Source: an uncultured delta proteobacterium (GTDB lineage: Bacteria; Myxococcota_A; Polyangia; Palsa-1104). Taken from it: 64,000 nucleotides of DNA. A program made the position numbers and the translations under genes. A model generated the notes under the pieces. It was not told where the DNA came from, did not search any database, and was given only the letters and a program-made list of their open reading frames with translations. The stretch is taken from the NCBI GenBank assembly GCA_963785725.1, contig CAWAWS010000005.1, positions 32,001 to 96,000 of the forward strand. Reading direction: 5' to 3'. Shown here in pieces: positions 54,855 through 64,000 of the stretch; the stretch's first letter is position 1; every line of letters begins with the position of its first letter.

Positions 54855-56450
54855 TCAGTACGCGCTTTCGAAGACGCGATAGCGCCGCTCGAGCTCCCAT
54901 TGCGCCTGCGCGCGCGCGCTCGCGGACAAGTAAGCCGCGCAGGCCGCGGTCGGCGTCGTCGTGCTCGATTTGTCGGTCGCGTCCGCGCAAGCGGGCACGA
55001 CAGAGAGCGACGCGAAGTCGGCAAACAAGCTCGGGCCGGGCAGGAAGCTGTACTCGAGGCTGTTGCGCGACAGCTCCTTCAGGTCGAGGTAGCCGAGCTT
55101 CTGGTCGGTCACCGCGCGGACGTACTCGCCCGCCATGCTCGAGCGCGAGACCCCTTGATCGTCGGTCGCGAGCGCGACGGGCACGCCCGCCGCCCGGTAC
55201 TGCGCGAGCGGGTGCGCCGTCCCCGAGACGAGGAGAATCTGCGCGTTGCTCGACAAGCATATTTCGACGAGGATCTTTTTGTCGGCCAGCTCGGTCAACA
55301 CCGTCGCGCCGGCCGACTCTTGCGCGATGTCGACGCCGTGCCCGATGCGTTCGGCGCCGGCGATCTCCACCGCCTTCTGCACGTGATCGACGACCGGGAT
55401 CGTGTAGCCCGAAGGCAGGTACTGAGCGGCGAGCTCGCCGGCGTGCAAGGCCAGACGAAGTGGGCTCTGCCCCGCGTACACGCTCGTCAGGTACTGCAGC
55501 ATCGACATCTGCAGGTCGTAATTCTGGAGCGCGGCGGTGCCGTCCTCCGGTCCCACGAGGTTCAGCGCGACGAGGCGCGGCTCGACCTTCGCCGCCTCGT
55601 ACGCGGCCACCATCTGGGCGAAGACCGCCGGCGCCGCACCGCTGCGCGAGATGTAGACCTGGTAGCGCGTGGCGATGCCGCAGGCGGGCGGCGGGCTCGC
55701 GCCGCTGCAGCCGAGCATGGACTTGGCCCCGCTCTCGGTCGTGGCGATGTCGGTCGTGATGGCGCTGACCGCGGACGCCCAGCTGGACGATGCCAGCAGC
55801 GTCGAGCGGAAGGCGTCGAAGTCGGACGCGGTCATGGTGGCGGTGCCGTTTGCCGTCGACCAGGCGCTGGTGCCGAGGTCCGACGCGGTGGAGTCCGAGG
55901 TGAGCATCGCCTCGATGTAGACCTCGTTCTCGTTCGCGCCGCGCGTGAGCACGTCGGCCAGACCCGCGGCATGATGCGCGGTCCCCGACATCGCACCATA
56001 CAAGCCGAAGGTGGAGAAGAAGTGATCGTGACCGCTCTCCGTCGGTGTCGCGACGAAGTTCAGCATCGACATCGCCTCGACGATCTGCGTGTACAGCGGA
56101 TCGGTCGTGGCCGGGATGGGGACGTCGTCGGCGTAAGCGCACGAGCTGTCGATGGCGAGGTAATAACTGCCGGCGGTGGTCTCGATACAGTCGTTCACGG
56201 CGGCGGCCCAGTCGAGGTAGGTCTCGGCGTAGACGGCGCCCGAAAGGTGGTGATGCAGGTCGCCGCCCTTCGGCATCGACGTGAGGAAGGCGCCGAGCTG
56301 CGTCGGATCGCCTTCGATCGAGGTCAGGTGCGCGGCGGTGGCCTGCTCGTGCGTGGGGCCGCCGGTGTTGCCGCTGCCGCCGCACGCGATAAAGAGGGAC
56401 GCAGCGATCGGGCAGAGACGAATCAGCTTCGGAAGCGAACGAACGCGCAT
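54855..56450 (-). CDS. Adenosine deaminase-family lipoprotein
   Basis: PKGGDLHHHLSG, LHAGE, RIGHG, ATDDQG; lipobox FIAC. Confidence 0.9.
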   Translation of the reverse strand: MRVRSLPKLIRLCPIAASLFIACGGSGNTGGPTHEQATAAHLTSIEGDPTQLGAFLTSMPKGGDLHHHLSGAVYAETYLDWAAAVNDCIETTAGSYYLAIDSSCAYADDVPIPATTDPLYTQIVEAMSMLNFVATPTESGHDHFFSTFGLYGAMSGTAHHAAGLADVLTRGANENEVYIEAMLTSDSTASDLGTSAWSTANGTATMTASDFDAFRSTLLASSSWASAVSAITTDIATTESGAKSMLGCSGASPPPACGIATRYQVYISRSGAAPAVFAQMVAAYEAAKVEPRLVALNLVGPEDGTAALQNYDLQMSMLQYLTSVYAGQSPLRLALHAGELAAQYLPSGYTIPVVDHVQKAVEIAGAERIGHGVDIAQESAGATVLTELADKKILVEICLSSNAQILLVSGTAHPLAQYRAAGVPVALATDDQGVSRSSMAGEYVRAVTDQKLGYLDLKELSRNSLEYSFLPGPSLFADFASLSVVPACADATDKSSTTTPTAACAAYLSASARAQAQWELERRYRVFESAY

Positions 56451-56678
56451 GGTGCCTCGGGGACGAATGCCCGCGTTGCCGCAGGCACTGACCAGGTCAA
56501 CGTGGAGAAAGCCCTGCGCGACGATCGCTTCGTCGCGCGTGAATGTTCAGCAACACGCTCGTGGATGCCGCAACGGGCAAGCGGCCTTCACGGATTCTGC
56601 GGTCGCGCGCCTCGAGGACCGCGGCCGCAGCCACGCCACGCGATTGACCGCGGTGCGGCGGCCGTGGTTTGGTGCACC

Positions 56679-58390
<1,712 letters not shown>

Positions 58391-58541
58391 ACGAGACACA
58401 CTGCGCCCTCCCGAGCCGGCGGCCGCTCGCCTCGTCGCGTAAAGTCGCTGGGGCAGCCGCCGGTTCGTGGATGGCGCGGCTACACACCGCTCACGAGACA
58501 CGGGGATCCGCGTGGCGCCGCGTTTGCATTTGGCCGCGGAC

Positions 58542-59864
58542 ATGAAACGGCTCATCCCTCTGGCGCTCGTGATCCTCTCCGGCTGCGGCGGCGACCACGT
58601 GCCGACCCCGGCCTCGTTGACGACGCCCGATCCGACCTACCTCTTCGACACCGACAACGGCCCCTCGTCGCAGCACGTGTTCGCGATCACCAATCAGGGC
58701 GAGCAGGCCACCGAGCCGCTGACGACGCTGCTCAGCGGCGACACCATGCAGTTCCAAATCGTCGACGATCAATGCAAAGACACGAGCTTGGCCGGCGGCA
58801 GGAGCTGCATGATCACGGTGCAGCTGTCGTCCGCGGTCGCCGCCAACTACGCGGCGCAGCTGCACATGACGGCGGCGGGCGTCGCGCTCGACATCGACAT
58901 GTCGGGCCGGGTCTCGCCGGCCACGCTGACGGTGAAGGCGCCAAGCCAGCCCGCGCTCGTCGAGGCCGGCGGCACGACGACGGCGACGGTCACCGTCACC
59001 AACGGCGGCGGCGCGACGCTGCCGAGCGCGATCGTGCTCGCCGACGGCGCCATCAGCTTCGGCACGAGCACGATCGTCAACGACCACTGCAGCGGCGTGA
59101 CGTTGGCCGGAGGCGCCAGCTGCACGTTCGACCTCAGCCTCACGGCCGCCTTCGACGCGGGCGGCGTCGGCACGAATCCGGTCACGGTCAGCGACGGTCA
59201 AGGCGACGCGACGACGGCGCTCGTGGCCTTCACCATCGCCCCCCTGCCGCCGATCGTCGTCACCGACGGTGACTTCGGCGTCGAAGATCCGACAGCCCCC
59301 AACATCAAGACGATCACGGTCGGCAACACCACCAAGACGACGAGCGGCGTCCTCAGCATCGGATTGGGCGGCCCCGATCCCAGCAACCCATTGTTTCCCT
59401 TCGTCTTCGTGCCCGGCATGGACGGCTGCAACGGCGTGGCGCTCGCGCCGCTGGCGAGCTGCACCATCGCGCTCTCGGTCGATCCCACGGCGTCCGCGCC
59501 CAAGCTGTGGACGGGCTCGGTGCTCGCGGTCGTTCCCGCCGGCGGCACCGCCGTCAGCGTGCCGCTCCAGCTGCAAACGACCGTGGGCCACGTGGTCGTG
59601 ACCATGAACGCGGTCGGAACCGCCGGCCACGTCCAGACGCCCTGGGGAAACCTGTGCAACGGCACCGATCCCGCTTGCGGCACCGTGAACGTCGGGCTCG
59701 GCTTCACGACCACCTTCACCGCCGTCCCCGACGGCGCCAACTCCGTCTTCGATTTCTGGAACGACGGCCCTTGCGTCGGCAGCAGCAACCCGGTCTGCGC
59801 CTGGCTGCCACCGGCCGGGGTCGTCTCGCCGTTCAACTGGAGCGCCGAGTTCAAGCCGAAGTAA
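58542..59864 (+). CDS. Lipoprotein with three Ig-like repeats and a C-terminal InlB-B-like module
   Basis: Lipobox LSGC; three copies of D.C...LA....SC; FTA.P...SVF..W..GPC. Confidence 0.75.
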   Translation: MKRLIPLALVILSGCGGDHVPTPASLTTPDPTYLFDTDNGPSSQHVFAITNQGEQATEPLTTLLSGDTMQFQIVDDQCKDTSLAGGRSCMITVQLSSAVAANYAAQLHMTAAGVALDIDMSGRVSPATLTVKAPSQPALVEAGGTTTATVTVTNGGGATLPSAIVLADGAISFGTSTIVNDHCSGVTLAGGASCTFDLSLTAAFDAGGVGTNPVTVSDGQGDATTALVAFTIAPLPPIVVTDGDFGVEDPTAPNIKTITVGNTTKTTSGVLSIGLGGPDPSNPLFPFVFVPGMDGCNGVALAPLASCTIALSVDPTASAPKLWTGSVLAVVPAGGTAVSVPLQLQTTVGHVVVTMNAVGTAGHVQTPWGNLCNGTDPACGTVNVGLGFTTTFTAVPDGANSVFDFWNDGPCVGSSNPVCAWLPPAGVVSPFNWSAEFKPK

Positions 59865-59963
59865 ACAGCCGTTTACTAAGCTCCCGAGCTCGACCGGAAG
59901 CGAAAGACGGCTTCAGTGCCAGGCAGAATATCGCTCATTCGCCTCGTTCGTCACGACCGCGCG

Positions 59964-61337
59964 TCACGAGGATGCAGCCGATCGCGCGCTCCAATGCCGG
60001 TTTTCGACCACCCGCAAATGGATCGGAGCGCGCGGCGCCATGGTGATGTTCTTGAGCGCGCGCGCGGGCGTCCCTGCCGGCCGCGTCGCCAACTGCAGAG
60101 ACGTCACAATCGTTCCGACGACGATTCGCATTTGATACGCGCCGAACGCCGCGCCGATGCAGCGGCGAACGCCACCGCCGAATGGCGCATATTCGAACGG
60201 CCCGTATTGCCGCGCCAGGAACCGCGCGGGGTCGAAGCGCGCCGGGTCCGGCCATACGTCCCGGTCGGTGTGCAAGAGCGTCGTGGCCACGGCGACGTTC
60301 TGTCCGGGCGCGACCTTGACGCCGCGCAAGGAGAACGGCTGCAAGCAACGCCGCGGAATGACCGGCACGATCGGGTGTAATCGCAGCGCCTCGTTGCAGA
60401 CGGCACCGAGATACGGCTGCTGCGCGAGCTGCTCGGGTGCGGGGCTGGGACCGAGCGCGCCGAGCTCCGCCTTGAGCGTCGCGAGCACGGCTGGCGAACG
60501 ATGCAGATGGAACAGCGTCCACGCCAGCGCAGTCGTCGTCGTATCGTGCCCACCCACGATGAGCGTGCGCAATTCGTCGATGAGCTCGTCCTCGCTGAGC
60601 GCCGAGCCGTCTTCATAACGAGCGTCCATGAGCAGGCTGAGGATGTCCTCACGTCCCGCCGTGCCGGTGCGGCGGCGCGCGGCGATCTCCTGCCGGAACA
60701 GCGCGCACACGGCGTCGCGCGCGGCGACGAGACGGTCCCACGGGCCGAGACCGCAGAGACCGCGGCGTAAGAAAGGCAGGATCAACAGCGCCGGCGTATA
60801 GGCGGACAGCATCGTCGAGATCGCCGTCGTGAACCGCGCGCTCTTGTCCTGGCCTTCGACGCCGAGCACGGCCCGCATGATGACGTGCAGCGTAATCCGC
60901 CGCATGGCGTCCTGGAGGCTGACGCGGTCGGACGGACGCCACGTGGCCAGCTCCGCCAGCGCCGTGTCGCGAATGATCGTGCCGTAGGCGCGCATTCTCT
61001 CGCCGTGAAACGACGGCGTCATCAAGCGGCGCTCGCGACGGTGCTTCTCGCCCGCGAGGAGCAACAGCGAATGTTGCCCCAAGAGCGGCTCCACGGGATT
61101 GGGCGAGACCGGCTCGAAGACGTCCATCGGCGCCGAGAAGATGGCGCGCGCGCCCTCCGGATGGCCGGTCACCAAAATCGCGCCCAGCGACGGCAGCTCG
61201 ACGACGAAGGGATTGCCGCGGCGCGTCCGACACCCTTCGAGATAACGCTCGAGATCGACGGCCATCGCCAGCGCGGCGACGAACCGCGGGCTGCGCTGGC
61301 GCGGAAGGCCCCACTCGCCGCGACGCGCGACGTTCAC
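59964..61337 (-). CDS. Cytochrome P450
   Basis: GGHDTT, EALR, FDPARF, PFGGGVRRCIG; GTGA-coupled start. Confidence 0.93.
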   Translation of the reverse strand: MNVARRGEWGLPRQRSPRFVAALAMAVDLERYLEGCRTRRGNPFVVELPSLGAILVTGHPEGARAIFSAPMDVFEPVSPNPVEPLLGQHSLLLLAGEKHRRERRLMTPSFHGERMRAYGTIIRDTALAELATWRPSDRVSLQDAMRRITLHVIMRAVLGVEGQDKSARFTTAISTMLSAYTPALLILPFLRRGLCGLGPWDRLVAARDAVCALFRQEIAARRRTGTAGREDILSLLMDARYEDGSALSEDELIDELRTLIVGGHDTTTTALAWTLFHLHRSPAVLATLKAELGALGPSPAPEQLAQQPYLGAVCNEALRLHPIVPVIPRRCLQPFSLRGVKVAPGQNVAVATTLLHTDRDVWPDPARFDPARFLARQYGPFEYAPFGGGVRRCIGAAFGAYQMRIVVGTIVTSLQLATRPAGTPARALKNITMAPRAPIHLRVVENRHWSARSAASS

Positions 61338-62251
61338 GCGCGCTCGCCGTCGAAGCCCACGGTGAGCGTCGTCAGCAGCGGCCAAATGCGGCCGATGCGA
61401 ACGGCCGCGCCCGGCGCCGCCATCGCGGCGATCGCCTGCAGCTCGGCTTCGGGATAGAACTTGCGCGCGCTGATCACCGCGTCGTGCACCATCGCCGGCC
61501 AGATCGTCAAGAGCGCCGTCCCCGATACGAAGGCGGTGGTCGCCAAGCTCCGGTAGCCGTCGACGGAGACGAAGGCCGTGGTGGCGACCCGGCGCGACTC
61601 GGCGATCATCCGCGCCAGCTGTCCCGGCGAAAAGTGGTGAACGCTCTGCGCCACGAAGATGATGTCGTAGGCGCCGTCGGCGATGTCGCTCATGTCGAAC
61701 GCGTTCAAGTGGCGAAAGGTGACCGGCAGCGCTTGCGCGGCCGCCTTCGCCCGACTGCGCTCGACGTACAGCGGGACGATGTCGGAGCCGGTGACCTCGA
61801 CCGCCAGGCGCTTGGACTTCGCCAGTGAAGCCAGCGCGAACGCGAACCCGCCCGCGCCGCTCGCCAGCTCGAGCACGCGCGCCGGCCGCCCGTGACGTGC
61901 GGCGATCGCGCGCAGCTGCGGCTCCAACAGGGCGAAGAAGCGCCGATAGAACGTGCTCACCGTATTCAACAGGTGCAGACCGAGCGCGATGGCGAGCTTG
62001 CCCCGCTCCGAGTAGCCCGGCTCGTCCAGATGCTCGACCGCGTTGGTGCGCAGCGCCTCGTCGAGCGCGCAGTCGATGCGCGCGAGCGGCCCGGCGGTGA
62101 CGGCGCGCCGCGCCCGCTCCGTTCGCATGCGCGCGATGACGCCGTCGACGTGGCGCTCGAGCGACTCGCCTTGCGGCGCGGGCGGCGCCATCGTGGCGCG
62201 AAACGCGGGGTCATTCAGAACGGAGCGATTGAGCGTTCGCAGCTGCAGCAT
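61334..62251 (-). CDS. Class I SAM methyltransferase
   Basis: VLELASGAGG, GSD, YDII, SVHHF. Confidence 0.88.
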   Translation of the reverse strand: MLQLRTLNRSVLNDPAFRATMAPPAPQGESLERHVDGVIARMRTERARRAVTAGPLARIDCALDEALRTNAVEHLDEPGYSERGKLAIALGLHLLNTVSTFYRRFFALLEPQLRAIAARHGRPARVLELASGAGGFAFALASLAKSKRLAVEVTGSDIVPLYVERSRAKAAAQALPVTFRHLNAFDMSDIADGAYDIIFVAQSVHHFSPGQLARMIAESRRVATTAFVSVDGYRSLATTAFVSGTALLTIWPAMVHDAVISARKFYPEAELQAIAAMAAPGAAVRIGRIWPLLTTLTVGFDGERA

Positions 62252-62273
62252 CGGTCATCTCCTCGGCTAAGGG

Positions 62274-62798
62274 TCATTCCAGTAGTGCGTCCGGCGCTCG
62301 CTTGCGGCGTCCGGCGCCCGATCGCGGCGGCGGCGGCGGCGTCGCCGGCACCAGCTGATGCGCGATCAGCTTCTCCAACACCGGCGTGAGCGCCCGCTTG
62401 AGCCGCCCCACTTCTGCGAGCTCGACGCTGGTGCTACACAACAGCTGCGTCGGGATGCCGACGGCGCGCCGCTTGAGCGCGCGCCCACGGCGGGTGAGCC
62501 AGTTCTCGACCACCCGATCGTCGGCATCGTTGCGGATCCGATCGATCAGCCCGTCGCTGGCCAGCCGCTTGAGCACCGGCGTGAGCGTGCCGGAATCGAG
62601 CACCAGTCGCTCGCCAATCTGGCTCACGGTCGAGCCGTCCTTTTCCCACAGCACCATCAGCGTCAAATATTGCGAATAGGTGATGCCGAGCCGGTCCAGG
62701 TGCGGCCGATACGCTTGGACGATCAACCGCGACGCGGCGTACAGCGGAAAACAGATCTGATTGTCGAGCTTGAGCACGTCGAATTCGTCTGCGGGCAT
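62274..62798 (-). CDS. MarR-family regulator, OhrR-like
   Basis: LDNQICFPLY (reactive-Cys motif), ITYSQYL, LDSGTLTP.LKRL. Confidence 0.9.
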   Translation of the reverse strand: MPADEFDVLKLDNQICFPLYAASRLIVQAYRPHLDRLGITYSQYLTLMVLWEKDGSTVSQIGERLVLDSGTLTPVLKRLASDGLIDRIRNDADDRVVENWLTRRGRALKRRAVGIPTQLLCSTSVELAEVGRLKRALTPVLEKLIAHQLVPATPPPPPRSGAGRRKRAPDALLE

Positions 62799-62818
62799 TG
62801 CCAATCTCACCAGCCGCA

Positions 62819-64000
62819 TCAGGCGGCGGACGAGACTGTAACCGCATTCCACGCGGCCACGCAGGTCTCGGCGTCCTCGGGCAAGAACGGCGCGAACGGC
62901 GGCATCTCCTCGCGCTGCAAGCGCACCTCGAGCACGCCCGGGCGCGCGCCGCCGTCGGCGTGATAGGCGGCGAGCTGGGCCAACAGCTGCGCCGGCGACG
63001 ACGCGCTGCCGACCCAGAGACGGCCGGGCCCGAGGCCACGCGCCATGCCGGCGATGTCGACCGTGGCGTAGCGCGAGCACTCGAGGCGCGCATCGAAGTA
63101 GAGCCGCTGTCGGGTCGCGCACATGCCGTGTTGATTGTCGTTGAACACCACGAACAGGACGCGCAGCCCGAGGTCGACGGCGGTGTGCACCTCGGTCCCG
63201 AGCATCAGAAAGGCGCCGTCGCCGCACACGACGAGCGTGCGTGCGTCGCGCTCGCTGCCGAGCTGGGCGCCGGTCGCGGCGGCGATGGCGTAACCCATGC
63301 CGCCCTGGCCGAGCGCGATGGTGGTGCTGGTGCCGGCGCGGATCGAGAGCAGATGGAGCGCGGTGGCGGCGCAATTACCGGCGTCGAAGAGGACGTGGCC
63401 GCGCTCGGGCAGATAGCGCTGCAGGATCTCGATGGCGACGCTGGAGCGCAGCGCGTCGCCGCGCGCGGCTTCCGGGCGCAAAGGAGCCGCGATCGGCTGG
63501 ATGCGATAGCGGCGCAGCTCGTAGCCCGCGACGGGCGCGTGGCGGAACGGCTGCTCGGCCAGCCGGTCGTTCAGCCGTTCGAACACGAGGCCGGCGTCGG
63601 CTTCGACCACTAGCGCCGGCTCGCACGCACGTCGCGCTTGGGGCGGCATCGATGTTGACCAGGGCCACCCGGGCGCGCGCGAGGCCGCGGGCGATCGGGC
63701 CGCGCGTCATGACGTCGAGCCCGCTGCCGACGGCGATGATGAGATCGGCCTCGTGGTTCAGATAGTCGTGCGCCGACGGGTGGCCGGCCGCGCCCACGAC
63801 GCCGAGGAAGAGCGGATGATCGTGCGGGAACGCGCCGACGTTGCCCATCGTCGTGACGACCGGGAGCTGCGCGGCGACGGCGAAGCGGCGCACTTCGTCC
63901 GGCGCCGACGAACGCTCGACGCCGGTCCCGAGGATCAGCACGGGACGGCGCGCGTCACGCACCGCCGCAAACAGCCGATCGAGCCCGGCTGCGTCGTCGA
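62819..64000 (-). CDS. ThDP-dependent enzyme (acetolactate synthase-like), 5' partial; frameshift ~63641
   Basis: RPVLILG, ADLIIAVG, DAGN, GGMGY, GDGAF...N. Confidence 0.88.

Noticed and set aside
54681..56678. N-terminal two-thirds of the 1095-aa ORF
   Set aside because: Antisense to the adenosine deaminase; the real peptidase starts at ATG 56679 with a signal peptide.

Overview
High-GC bacterial DNA, probably Myxococcota (inferred from an Anaeromyxobacter-type globin-coupled kinase and myxobacterial-style Cys-rich lipoproteins). Region 1-36.3 kb is a stress/low-oxygen island: an O2-sensing globin-coupled histidine kinase (partial, absent from the ORF track), 7 universal stress proteins, 7 CBS proteins, VIT1, two GT21 glycosyltransferases, two ADHs, a CoA-transferase, MgtA, Pgm, an NtrC-family sigma54 activator and a 7-gene, ~40-heme porin-cytochrome operon. 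The intergenic DNA carries about 20 sigma54-type (-24/-12) promoter motifs. Many are preceded by paired 13-bp palindromes (CGCA-N5-TGCG, usually 30-31 bp apart) at helically phased distances, and about half place the ATG only 14-15 nt after the -12 element, suggesting near-leaderless mRNAs. Region 37-47.4 kb holds a NarL-type regulator, phosphoketolase and a complete N-type ATPase operon with a Na+ signature. Region 48-64 kb holds YbaK, a RyR-like protein, lipoproteins, adenosine deaminase, an M28 peptidase and a ThDP enzyme-OhrR-methyltransferase-P450 cluster. Nine single-base frameshifts, mostly in short homopolymers, are probably assembly errors. No RNA genes, CRISPR or transposases were seen. 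All calls come from motif reading only; no database searches were run.
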